From NCBI GenBank assembly GCA_016188355.1, contig JACPHY010000011.1:23219-87218 (forward strand): DNA of 64,000 bases. Reading direction: 5' to 3'. The notes beneath the pieces are model-generated. The model ran no database searches, was not told the DNA's origin, and saw only the letters and a list, made by a program, of their open reading frames with translations. Shown piece by piece: positions 1 to 9,094 of the stretch. Origin of the DNA: Candidatus Uhrbacteria bacterium. GTDB lineage: Bacteria; Patescibacteriota; Patescibacteriia; JACPHY01. Position numbers and translations under genes: made by a program. Numbering within the stretch: position 1 is the first letter of the stretch; every line of letters starts with the position of its first letter.

Positions 1-298
1 CGATGTTGAATGTGTATCCGCAGGCGTGGCCCTTTTCGGATGCGGTGCAGGGATCGAGTCCAATGCGGGTCTCATTGAGCATGCCCTTCCATTGGATCAC
101 GTTGCCTGGTACCCAATCCGTGCAACTCCAGGAGCCGTCCTCGGTGACGTTTCCACAGAATTGCGATCGGCCCGCGTCTATTGGACCAGTGTACGTGATG
201 TCAAAGTCCCACAGCTCGGCTGGGATTTCCACGCTGCATCCCATGCTGCTCGCACCGAGTGCAATGTGCATCGCGAGCAGTACGTGCGATGACCTCAT
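1..298 (-). CDS. Putative lipoprotein/secreted Cys-rich hypothetical protein (partial, runs off window edge)
   Basis: Read manually: GAGGAG RBS, ATG at 298, MRSSHVLLAMHIALGASSMGCSVEIP..., open to base 1; hydrophobic leader ending in MG-C. Confidence 0.6.
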   Translation of the reverse strand, partial: MRSSHVLLAMHIALGASSMGCSVEIPAELWDFDITYTGPIDAGRSQFCGNVTEDGSWSCTDWVPGNVIQWKGMLNETRIGLDPCTASEKGHACGYTFNI

Positions 299-501
299 GT
301 TCCGCTCCTCTCCTCATTGCGCATGAGCCATACCCATGCGCTCGTGGGGTTCGAAGGCTCGCCCACGGAATAGCGCAGGTTTCGCGCGGCGATGTGGTCC
401 GCGTTCCTGCGTGTCAGTGTGGACAGTATGCCACCATCTGGCGTTGCGGTCGAGTGGAAAAAGCAACCCCCTCGCACCCGAAGGTGAGAGGGGGGTAGTG
501 A

Positions 502-1251
502 TCAGCCGATGAATGCGCCGCGAACAGCAACGAAGCTGACGGGGTCGTCGAAGCGCGGGGCGCAGATCACTGGACTGGATGCCAACGTGTAGAGCGCTGC
601 GATGGAATGGCGCTCTTTCCTCCAAACGGATCCACCGAGCGCGGTCCGAGCATTCCGCATGCGCGTGGGATGCTGGAGGTATCCTGCGATGCCCTCGAGC
701 AGGGAGCAGGGGACGGTGTCATCGGAGATCATGTCACGGACATCGTGCATGGAGTGCTCGGCGAACCCACGGAGATTGGCGCGCATCCAGTACTGGTGGG
801 TTCCGGGGTCGATGGATCCGTATGGAACGAATCCAAGGTTGTAGTCGTCTGGTCTCGTCTCTTTTTCGAGACCGTTCACGAGCACGAATCCTCCGAGCTT
901 CGCGTAGCATCTGGCGGTGAGACGCGCGTCCACGAGCACGAGATTGGGAAACTGGGCGAAGTAGCGGTCGGGGAACTCGGGAATCCGTGGCACGGTCGCG
1001 AGGTACTCCGCAAACGATGTGTACCCGAGCTGATCGCCGATCCCGAGCGTCCAGAGGTGGAAGGCCTGCGTTTCTCGCGGGTCCTTCTTTCCCGGATTCG
1101 TGCCGCCTTCGGTCATGCGGCGGATGAATCCTTGAACGTCCGGTCCGATGCCGGGACCACCCGCCCCGCGATTCGCCTTGCAGATGCGTGCGATTTCTCC
1201 GAGTTGATCCGCGCTCACCTGGGTGAGTGGCTGTTGCCTCTCTTTTGTCAT
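502..1251 (-). CDS. Hypothetical protein
   Basis: GGAGGAG RBS before MTKERQ; globular-looking sequence, no confident family. Confidence 0.65.
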   Translation of the reverse strand: MTKERQQPLTQVSADQLGEIARICKANRGAGGPGIGPDVQGFIRRMTEGGTNPGKKDPRETQAFHLWTLGIGDQLGYTSFAEYLATVPRIPEFPDRYFAQFPNLVLVDARLTARCYAKLGGFVLVNGLEKETRPDDYNLGFVPYGSIDPGTHQYWMRANLRGFAEHSMHDVRDMISDDTVPCSLLEGIAGYLQHPTRMRNARTALGGSVWRKERHSIAALYTLASSPVICAPRFDDPVSFVAVRGAFIG

Positions 1252-1488
1252 GGCAATCTCCTCCATCCGCGGTACGCCGTTGCGGCAGCACATCCGGAGA
1301 TGTGCCAGCACATTGGTCTCCCTTGGGCAGTGGGTGATTTGGAAATGGACCTGTTCGGGTCCTGCCGTCTCTCACGAAACAGCAGGGTGAGAGTAGCATG
1401 GAGCGTTGCTTGTGTCAATGGATTGAATCATGCAAACGAAGATCCTGCCCAGAGGTGGGCAGGATCAGGTGCGTGTGCGGTCGGTGAA

Positions 1489-1983
1489 TTAGAATCCGTA
1501 CCAGAGGTTCACGCCGGGAGCGATCGCCAAGATCGGTCCGTTGTTGAGAGCGACGTATACGAGGGCACTGGGGGAGAGCGTCCACTGCTTCGTGATGAAC
1601 CACGAGATGCCGCCGCCGGCACCGGCGTAGAAGGTGGCATCTCCGAATGCGCCGCCGAGTTGGTCGTGCATGACGGCGACGGCGGCATCGATGCCGATCG
1701 CGTCATTTACGGGGAAGTCTGCGGCGATCGTTGCCATGAATCCCCAGTAGCCGGTATCGGGGGCGAGCTCGATGCCGACTCCGGGGCTGAGACTCACCCC
1801 ATCGAGCGGGAAGGTGAGCGAGACGCCAAGTCCGGGATAGGCGCCAATGTGCGACACGGACGGCGCGACGCCGGCGAATTCCATCGCCCAGACATTGAGA
1901 CCAAGATCTTGCGCGGCGGCGCGCGTGGGAACGAAGGCTGTGGCCGTGAGGAGAAGGCAAGAGAGCGCGATTGAGCGTCGCAT
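1489..1983 (-). CDS. Secreted protein with outer-membrane beta-barrel-like pattern
   Basis: Signal peptide (…TRAAA/Q), alternating hydrophobic/Gly strands, C-terminus GVNLWYGF; AGGAG RBS. Confidence 0.65.
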   Translation of the reverse strand: MRRSIALSCLLLTATAFVPTRAAAQDLGLNVWAMEFAGVAPSVSHIGAYPGLGVSLTFPLDGVSLSPGVGIELAPDTGYWGFMATIAADFPVNDAIGIDAAVAVMHDQLGGAFGDATFYAGAGGGISWFITKQWTLSPSALVYVALNNGPILAIAPGVNLWYGF

Positions 1984-2069
1984 GGGGAGCTCCTTTTGGT
2001 GGGTGAGAATGAACTGTGAGGGGTAGGCGCGAGCACCGTATCAGGGAACTGTTCCAGAGTCAACGGGAG

Positions 2070-2098
2070 TTGACATTTTGGCTGCCTGATGCTACGGT
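2070..2098 (+). promoter_or_regulatory. Sigma70-type promoter
   Basis: TTGACA-17 bp-TACGGT with extended TG. Confidence 0.55.
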
Positions 2099-2127
2099 TG
2101 CGCCAGCCGATGCGGCAGGAGGTGATA

Positions 2128-2394
2128 ATGACCACGATGCGTTTTCGGTTCAATGTGAATTCCGGTGCGACAGCCGTGACCATGGACACGCGGAATCCGG
2201 GTGAGGAGGATGGAAGGATCCGCGACGTGATCGCGCAGTGTCGCCAAGGTCGCTATGGTCGGCTCAGCGAGCTCGTCGCCTTTTCTCGGCGCGTCCCGAA
2301 CGTGCAGCCGCTTTCGTTCTACGAGGTCGAGCCCAGCGAGTTCGAGCGGTGGCAGCAGGAAGCCGCGCGTACGTCGATCGGCTCCGCCCGGTAG
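2128..2394 (+). CDS. Small hypothetical protein
   Basis: AGGAGG RBS, promoter upstream, terminator-like hairpin downstream. Confidence 0.6.
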   Translation: MTTMRFRFNVNSGATAVTMDTRNPGEEDGRIRDVIAQCRQGRYGRLSELVAFSRRVPNVQPLSFYEVEPSEFERWQQEAARTSIGSAR

Positions 2395-2407
2395 TCTCCA
2401 CGCACAG

Positions 2408-2447
2408 GCCCCGTCGCTCCATGAGCGGCGGGGCGGTTCTTCTTTTA
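2408..2447 (+). terminator. Intrinsic terminator-like hairpin
   Basis: GCCCCGTCGCTC-CAT-GAGCGGCGGGGC followed by T-rich tract. Confidence 0.5.
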
Positions 2448-2495
2448 TCTCGAGCGGAACGAGTCCGCGAGTGTAGCCGAGAGATCTCGCCGGGG

Positions 2496-2618
2496 GAGAT
2501 CCTTCGTCACGGATTCCTCAGGATGGCGAACGTTGGGAAGTATAGCCGAGAGATTTTGCCGCCCGTGCCACCGTCCCATGGTGTGGGCTTCTTCGTCGAA
2601 GATTCCTCAGGATGGCGA
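2496..2618. repeat. Degenerate REP-like copies (same family as 31.7-32.7 kb)
   Basis: GAGATCCTTCG...CTCAGGATGGCGA and a second GATTCCTCAGGATGGCGA. Confidence 0.6.
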
Positions 2619-2638
2619 TCTTGGAGATTCGAAGGAAT

Positions 2639-4849
2639 CTATTTTCGGACTACCTGCGTTGCCTCCTCGAGTCGAAGGCTCAGGAGTTTGGATGCACCTT
2701 CGTCGCCCATGGTCACGCCGTAGATCATGGATGCGCGCTCCATGGAGGAGCGGTTATGGGTGACCACGAGGAATTGGGTGTGCTGGGAGAGATCTTTGAG
2801 AATCTCCGCATAGCGGACGGAGTTTGATTCATCGAGCGCCGCATCGACCTCATCGAGTACCACGAACGGAGATGCGCTGGAGGAGATGATCGCGCAGAGG
2901 AGCGCGATGGCAGTGAGGGCGCGCTCGCCGCCGGAGAGCATGGCGATATGCTTAATGCGTTTTCCGGGTGGCGTCGCTTGGATGTCGATGCCTACCACCA
3001 CGCGCTCGCCGCGCTTCGGGGGTACGTCGGAGGGGGGGATGTCGGGAATGGGGGTGCTAGTTTGTTCCGGCGCCGATTCCTCGATGGGCTCCTCACGGAG
3101 GAGGGTGAGTTTTGCATTGCCGCCACCGAAGAGCTGGCGGAAGTACTTTTCAAAATGCGTATTGATCGTGGCGAATGCGGAATGGAATGCGCGATCAATA
3201 TCGAGCTCCAGTTCGGTGATGACCTGTTCGAGCGACGTGGCGGATTTTTGGAGGTCGTCGGTTTGCTGGGTGAGGAATGCGACGCGTTCCTCGAGTTCGC
3301 GATATTCCGCGAGCGTCTGCTCATCGAGCGTACCAATGGTTGCGAGTTCCCGCTGGAGGCGACCAATGCGGAATTCCGTATCCGTCTCCAGCGGGCCCTG
3401 CGGCGCGGGAAGCGTGCTCGGGTCCTCGGTGCTCGGGATATCGCGCAGGATGGCTTGGCGGAGATCCTCGCGGCGCTGCTCGCATCGCGCGAGTTCAATG
3501 CGACCATCATTCGCCCTTGCGGTGGCCTCGTTGAGGAGTAATTGCTGTGCGCGATAGTTGCGTTGCAGTTCGAAGAAGGCGCCTTTCTTCTGCTGTTCTT
3601 CTGCGTGCACCGCGGACATGCGGCGCTGCACTTCGGTTACTTCGCGTTCCACCTCCCGCAGGGCGGCCTCCGTTTCGGTGAGTTCTGGGGCCGGCGTCCG
3701 TACGTCGGGTGGGGTGCAACGCGTGCGGAGATTTGTGATGCGCTGGTGAATGGTGGTGAGCACCGCGAGGGTGGCGGGCACATCAATGGTGGGAGTTTCG
3801 CGGAGCGAATAGAGGAGCATGTCGATATCCTGGAGTGCGATATCGAGATCCGCGATGAGCGCGGTCGCCGGAAGCGCTTGATGTGCGCCGGCGCGTGTTT
3901 GCGCGGCGTTGCGGAGGAGGAGCATGCGCTCGCGGAGTTCCTGCCGTCGGTGCATGAGCGCTTCGTACGATCGTTGGAGATCGAGAAACGCGTCGCTTTT
4001 TTGTTCCTCCTGCTCCAGCGTCGAGAGCTTGCCCTGGATCTGGTCTACACTCGTTTGGAGTTTACGGCGTTCTGCATCGTGCACTTCCCATGCGGTGCGT
4101 TGCCGTTCCATGAGCCGTGCGAGTTCATGCCAGCGCTGTCCGTGAAATTGTGCGAGCCGTTCGCGGAGCTCTTGTTCGAGTGCATCTCGTTGCTCGAGAC
4201 GTTTCACCTGACGACTCAAGCTGCGGAGTCGCGGGGTGAGTTCCGCGAGGAGCGTTTCGCCCTGGCGGAGGTTCTCGTGCGCGCGCTCGAGTTTGGCGAT
4301 TGCCTGGTTGCGTTTGATTTCCGCTGGTCGGATGCCCGCTGCCTCATCGAAGAACGCCTTGCGATCCGTGGGCGATGCGAGAATGAACTCATCCACCATG
4401 CCCTGCCCAATAATCGAATACGTGCGCTGCCCGATGCGCGCGCCAGCGAGCAGGAGGAGGATGTCTTCTCGGCGGACCTTGTTGCCATTGAGGAGGTACT
4501 CGGCATCACCGGATCGATACACGCGGCGCGTAATGGCAACCTCGGTATAGTCGATGGGTGCGCTGCGATCTTCGTTGTTGAGGAGGAGGGTGACTTCGGC
4601 AACGCCCAGGCGCGGACGTCTCGGCGTTCCGGCAAAAATGACATCTTCCGAGGTTTTCCCTCGGAGGAGTTTCATGGATTGTTCTCCTAAGACCCAGCGA
4701 ATGGCATCGACGACGCACGATTTCCCAGAACCATTGGGACCGACGATGGCGGTGATCCCACGCGATCCGGCGGTGGGGGGGAGGAACTCGAGATTCGTCG
4801 CGTTGGCGAACGATTTGAATCCATTGAGGTCAATGCGTTGAAGCCACAT
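2639..4849 (-). CDS. smc: SMC-family chromosome segregation ATPase, short form
   Basis: GFKSFA, Walker A GPNGSGKS, signature LSGGE, Walker B VVLDEVDAALD, coiled coils; 736 aa. Confidence 0.93.
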   Translation of the reverse strand: MWLQRIDLNGFKSFANATNLEFLPPTAGSRGITAIVGPNGSGKSCVVDAIRWVLGEQSMKLLRGKTSEDVIFAGTPRRPRLGVAEVTLLLNNEDRSAPIDYTEVAITRRVYRSGDAEYLLNGNKVRREDILLLLAGARIGQRTYSIIGQGMVDEFILASPTDRKAFFDEAAGIRPAEIKRNQAIAKLERAHENLRQGETLLAELTPRLRSLSRQVKRLEQRDALEQELRERLAQFHGQRWHELARLMERQRTAWEVHDAERRKLQTSVDQIQGKLSTLEQEEQKSDAFLDLQRSYEALMHRRQELRERMLLLRNAAQTRAGAHQALPATALIADLDIALQDIDMLLYSLRETPTIDVPATLAVLTTIHQRITNLRTRCTPPDVRTPAPELTETEAALREVEREVTEVQRRMSAVHAEEQQKKGAFFELQRNYRAQQLLLNEATARANDGRIELARCEQRREDLRQAILRDIPSTEDPSTLPAPQGPLETDTEFRIGRLQRELATIGTLDEQTLAEYRELEERVAFLTQQTDDLQKSATSLEQVITELELDIDRAFHSAFATINTHFEKYFRQLFGGGNAKLTLLREEPIEESAPEQTSTPIPDIPPSDVPPKRGERVVVGIDIQATPPGKRIKHIAMLSGGERALTAIALLCAIISSSASPFVVLDEVDAALDESNSVRYAEILKDLSQHTQFLVVTHNRSSMERASMIYGVTMGDEGASKLLSLRLEEATQVVRK

Positions 4850-4921
4850 AGCGGGCGGGGCTTGAGCGTGTCATCAGTAGTTCTGCTGCGGCCTCTTCTA
4901 GTGTATCGAGTGTGCGCGGGA

Positions 4922-4950
4922 TTGACACGGGATCGGCGGGGTACTACATT
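4922..4950 (+). promoter_or_regulatory. Sigma70-type promoter
   Basis: TTGACA-17 bp-TACATT. Confidence 0.55.
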
Positions 4951-5011
4951 CGATTTGCTGAGAACGATGGTTCCGGCGTGTTCTTTGTGCAACCGCGCAG
5001 CGGAGGAGCAG

Positions 5012-5767
5012 ATGACGATGATACAGCTCTCGGAAGCGATGCAGGAACGGCTCAACAAACTCATGCGACCGGCGGACGATGTCAACAAGGTGACCGTCGC
5101 GCAGGGGTTGCTGCGGGCGATCGGGGACCTTCAGACGAACGAGGAACGCGATGCGGCGTTCGCGTACATCTTCGCGAACTCCAGCTACGCGCCAATCTCT
5201 GGACCGCCGACGCCGGCCGAGGAGTACCCGAAGCCATTCGATGTCTCGCCGGATGGACCGGATCAGCGGGCACTCACCCGTGCGGTGGCCGAACACCGCA
5301 TCGATGCCCGTCTGCGTGCGCTCGAGGCGAACTGCGAGGCGGACGGCGCGAATCCCGAGGTGCGCGCGCAGCGCGCGCGGGCATTCGTGATGGATGGTGA
5401 CCTGCCGATCGTTGCGCGGGCTGCGGTGCTCGGATATCTCATCAATTCCGACGCGTTCGCGAATTCGGTGGACTGTCCGAAGGACATTCCGAACGACGAG
5501 CCGGTATCGAAGGACGCGGCCCAAGCGATCGTCTGGAAGCACCGGGGCGTCCTGCGGAGGGTCTTCGGCACGAAAAAGGTCGTCAAGACGCGTCACGCGC
5601 TCGCCGCGTGCATCGATGAAGAGGTGGGTGACATTCCGGATCCGCACGAGCGCGCGATCGTGCTCTCCCACGTGATGTACGAGTGCGGACAGTGTGCCGC
5701 GCGCGAGCACATCCGTTCGATGGTGGATGGCGCGATGCTGCTCGCTGCGGTGCTGCGCGACGACTAG
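5012..5767 (+). CDS. Hypothetical helical protein
   Basis: GGAGGAG RBS, upstream promoter, downstream hairpin (5784-5814). Confidence 0.65.
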   Translation: MTMIQLSEAMQERLNKLMRPADDVNKVTVAQGLLRAIGDLQTNEERDAAFAYIFANSSYAPISGPPTPAEEYPKPFDVSPDGPDQRALTRAVAEHRIDARLRALEANCEADGANPEVRAQRARAFVMDGDLPIVARAAVLGYLINSDAFANSVDCPKDIPNDEPVSKDAAQAIVWKHRGVLRRVFGTKKVVKTRHALAACIDEEVGDIPDPHERAIVLSHVMYECGQCAAREHIRSMVDGAMLLAAVLRDD

Positions 5768-5870
5768 TCGGTCATGCGCGATTGCCCCCGACTCCCGCCC
5801 TGGGAGTCGGGGGATTCTGTATGATGGGGTGGTTTGACTGCCGCGTGGTGGTGACCTATCATCATCGGCT

Positions 5871-6863
5871 ATGCCTCCTCTTGCGATCCCTTCGAACGAA
5901 CGCGCACCATATCGTGCGCTGTGGGATCGTCTGCGCGCGGCACAGGACATCCTCCTGGTTTCCCCGAAGCGACCGGATGGCGACTCGCTGGGATCGATTT
6001 GTGGCATGTGGTCTGCGCTGCGATTTATCGGTAAATCGGCGACGCTGTTCTGTGTGGATCCGGCGCCGCCAACGTACGGCATGCTCCCCGGCATCCACAT
6101 GTTGGCGGTGGGCGCGCCCGCGCTCCATCATCGAACATTCGATGTGATCATCGTCGTCGATGCGGGGGATCTTGATTTCGCTGGCATCCGGGCGGAGCTG
6201 CCGCAGTGGAAGCGCTCGGGCGGTGCGCTGGTGGTCATTGATCATCACGCAACGAACACGCGGTTCGGCGATGTGAATTGCGTCATCACGACGGCCGCAT
6301 CGACCACCGAGGTGATCACGCGGATATTGCAAGTAAACGCAGTGCCGATCACGCCGGCCACTGCAACCGCGCTCCTGTTTGGTCTCGTGTACGACACCGA
6401 CGGTTTTTCTAATCCCGCCACATCGGTTACCGCAGCTGCTACGGCAGCGGCATTGCTGGCAGCGGGAGCGCAGATGGGTCCAATCCTCCGTGCGCAGTAT
6501 CGCTCGAAACCCATCGGCTCGTTCCAATTATGGGGTCGTGCGTTCGAGCGTCTGGTGATGCATCCGCGTTGGCAAGTTGCGACCACAGTGTTGCTGCCCG
6601 AAGATTTTGCGGCATGTGGTGCGGAGTCCACGGAAGGCCTCGCGAATTTTCTCCAGAACGTGCTTCCGGCAAAGGCTGTCCTCGTCCTCAAAGATTCTGG
6701 AACCGGTATGGTGCGGGGCAGTTTCCGCACGCTACGGAACGATGTGGACCTCGGCGCACTTGCCGAGCATCTCGGCGGCGGCGGTCATCGGAAAGCCTCG
6801 GGTTTCGGCGTACCGGGGAGAGTGGTTCGGGAGGGCGATCGTTGGAGGGTTGTGGTACAATAA
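5871..6863 (+). CDS. DHH/DHHA1 phosphoesterase (NrnA-like oligoribonuclease/pAp phosphatase)
   Basis: PDGDSLGS, IDHH, DTDGF, GGGGHRKASG motifs. Confidence 0.9.
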   Translation: MPPLAIPSNERAPYRALWDRLRAAQDILLVSPKRPDGDSLGSICGMWSALRFIGKSATLFCVDPAPPTYGMLPGIHMLAVGAPALHHRTFDVIIVVDAGDLDFAGIRAELPQWKRSGGALVVIDHHATNTRFGDVNCVITTAASTTEVITRILQVNAVPITPATATALLFGLVYDTDGFSNPATSVTAAATAAALLAAGAQMGPILRAQYRSKPIGSFQLWGRAFERLVMHPRWQVATTVLLPEDFAACGAESTEGLANFLQNVLPAKAVLVLKDSGTGMVRGSFRTLRNDVDLGALAEHLGGGGHRKASGFGVPGRVVREGDRWRVVVQ

Positions 6864-6870
6864 ATGTTCT

Positions 6871-7203
6871 ATGGCGAAAGTAAAACAATCTCAGAGCATG
6901 GATACGCCGTTGTCGAAAAAGGATTTTGTTGTTCTCATGCCGAAAATGCTCGGCGAATTTACCGAGGAGGTACTGCTCCCCGCAGTCGAGCGCATCGTGC
7001 AGACGGAGATCGCAAAATCCGAGCACCGCATGAAGGCATGGGTGGAGGAACGATTGGCGGATCTCCGTGCAGAGATTGTGCTCCTCACGCGGAAGGAAGA
7101 TCATAAGGTACTGCGACTGGTCGACATGTTGCGGGCCAAAAAGTTACTCACGGATCACGAAGTCGCGGAGCTCTTGCGCATGGAACCGTTCCCGAGATCC
7201 TGA
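6871..7203 (+). CDS. Hypothetical protein
   Basis: ATG 7 bp after the DHH stop; ends 6 bp before clpP; operon-like packing. Confidence 0.65.
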   Translation: MAKVKQSQSMDTPLSKKDFVVLMPKMLGEFTEEVLLPAVERIVQTEIAKSEHRMKAWVEERLADLRAEIVLLTRKEDHKVLRLVDMLRAKKLLTDHEVAELLRMEPFPRS

Positions 7204-7209
7204 TTTTTT

Positions 7210-7818
7210 ATGCCTTCCAACACCCTTGTTCCCATTGTCGTAGAGAAATCTCAGTACGGTGAGCGCGCGTACGATATTTACTCGCGCCTGCTCAAAGATC
7301 GCATCATTTTTTTGGGGGACCCGATTGATGATGCGGTCGCGAATACGGTCATCGCGCAGTTGCTGTTTTTGGAATCTGAGGATCCGAAGAAGGAAATCAA
7401 GCTCTACGTGAATTCTCCAGGAGGTTCCGTCACTGCGGGTCTCGCGATTTACGACACCATGCAGTACATCAAGCCTGATGTCGCAACGATCTGCATCGGC
7501 ATGGCGGCATCGATGGGTGCGGTGCTGCTCGCCGGAGGAACGGCCGGGAAGCGTTATTGTTTGGCCAATGCAGAGGTCATGATCCACCAGGTGCTCGGTG
7601 GCGTGGAGGGGCAGGCATCCGATATCAAGATTCGTGCGGATCGTATTTTGAAGCTGAAGGACCTCTTGAATCAAATTCTCGCCACACACACGAAGCAGCC
7701 TTTCGCGAAGGTGGAGAAGGACACGGATCGGGACTACTTCATGTCCGCACCGGAGGCGCTCGCGTACGGGTTGGTCGATAAAATTATTGAGGGGAAAGAG
7801 TTGGTGAAAAAAGAATAA
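7210..7818 (+). CDS. clpP: ATP-dependent Clp protease proteolytic subunit
   Basis: [36 protein letters not shown]. Confidence 0.98.
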   Translation: MPSNTLVPIVVEKSQYGERAYDIYSRLLKDRIIFLGDPIDDAVANTVIAQLLFLESEDPKKEIKLYVNSPGGSVTAGLAIYDTMQYIKPDVATICIGMAASMGAVLLAGGTAGKRYCLANAEVMIHQVLGGVEGQASDIKIRADRILKLKDLLNQILATHTKQPFAKVEKDTDRDYFMSAPEALAYGLVDKIIEGKELVKKE

Positions 7819-7831
7819 GTACGATCGCAGC

Positions 7832-7870
7832 ACGCATCCGCCGCACTTCAGTGCGGCGGATGCGTATTTA
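7832..7870 (+). terminator. Intrinsic terminator
   Basis: ACGCATCCGCCGCAC-TTCA-GTGCGGCGGATGCGT then ATTT. Confidence 0.65.
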
Positions 7871-8018
7871 GCCCTATTTCGGAGGAGCTCTCTGCGTGAG
7901 GAGATCGGAATTGAGCGAATCCCCGGGGGGTCCCAGTTCGGAGGGAAGGGCCAATGTATGGGGCTTTGCTTTGTTGAGCAAATGTTACTCAGTAAACAGA
8001 AAATGTGATGCTAGGCCA

Positions 8019-8047
8019 TTGACTTCTCGGGCGTTCTGTGGTACATT
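8019..8047 (+). promoter_or_regulatory. Sigma70-type promoter
   Basis: TTGACT-17 bp-TACATT with extended TG. Confidence 0.6.
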
Positions 8048-8051
8048 TCTA

Positions 8052-8424
8052 CGTTCCCCGCACGACTGTTCTCAGATAAAGCACGAACCGACGGAACGGG
8101 GAAACGGAGCTCCGGTGTATCCGGATGCCACAATGATTGGTCTCCTGAGCGGGCGCTGCCATCGGAATGCAGCGCATGCCAGATGGGTGAGGTCCTTCGC
8201 TTGCTCAGGGTGACGCATTGGAAAAAGAAAATGAAATACCTCTTCAGGAAGCTGCGCTCGAGAGCACTCGCTCCGTAAGGAGTGAGGGGGAAGTGAACTC
8301 GAGAGGACAGGGCCCTGCGCTCACGACAAGCATGGGGTTTCGTGCTCGGTCGACTTGGCTGCTCCGGCAGCTCGGTCAGGCCCATCACTAAATCTCTTGA
8401 GCGCAGCTTTCGGGAGAGGTTTTT
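8052..8424 (+). ncRNA. Candidate structured non-coding RNA (unassigned family)
   Basis: Follows a promoter; 27-bp long-range stem 8238-8264/8394-8420 with G-U pairs, internal GTAA-tetraloop hairpin, ends in TTTT. Confidence 0.45.
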
Positions 8425-8485
8425 GTATAGTTTTGTACCTTTACTGATGATGGATGATGTGGAGCGAATGCTCCGGGAGGAAGTG

Positions 8486-8983
8486 ATGAACGAGATGAAC
8501 CGCGTGATCCGAACGACCAACGATCTCCGACGATTTCTCGTGACGCTCGCGATTGTACCGCTCGGCGCGGCAGTCGGCTTGGGGGGGATGGAGATGCTCC
8601 CGAAGCTCGACCGACTGGTCGGGTTCCGGGCCTCCGATGCCGGACTCTTCGCTGCGATCGTGGTGTGCGCCCTCGGCACTGCCTGCATCATGGCAGCGAT
8701 GTGCGCCATTCTTGCGGCGCCGTACGAGGCGATCCGGGTATGGAAGCACGAGGCGGAGCGGCACCCGGAGCGGAAGCGCATCGTGCTCCTCGCCGCGTTG
8801 CTCGCGGTGGTGGCGGTCGCGAGCATGTCCGCGATGACCTCGCTCCTCACCGCCGCGTTGCTCGCGGGCCTCGGAGTCATCGTGCCGGCATACGAGCACA
8901 TCTTCGCGGATCTCTTCGAGCAGCCGCTGCTGGGGGTCAAGATGATCCGGTACCTGCCCACGGACCTCGCGAAGCCGCAGTAG
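8486..8983 (+). CDS. Hypothetical integral membrane protein
   Basis: GGAGGA RBS; about 4 hydrophobic helices. Confidence 0.65.
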   Translation: MNEMNRVIRTTNDLRRFLVTLAIVPLGAAVGLGGMEMLPKLDRLVGFRASDAGLFAAIVVCALGTACIMAAMCAILAAPYEAIRVWKHEAERHPERKRIVLLAALLAVVAVASMSAMTSLLTAALLAGLGVIVPAYEHIFADLFEQPLLGVKMIRYLPTDLAKPQ

Positions 8984-9094
8984 GGGCAGTTGATGTGACG
9001 CCGCTCATCCTTCGGGGTGGGCGGTGTTTCTTTTTTTGCGCGTGGACCGCAAACCCTGCCACTCGATCGAGTGGCAGGGTGCTTGGTGCGCGTT

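Noticed and set aside
7870-8430. tmRNA, RNase P or SRP RNA assignment
   Set aside because: No tRNA-like ends with CCA, no GAGGAAAGTCC, and no SRP helix-8 motif seen.
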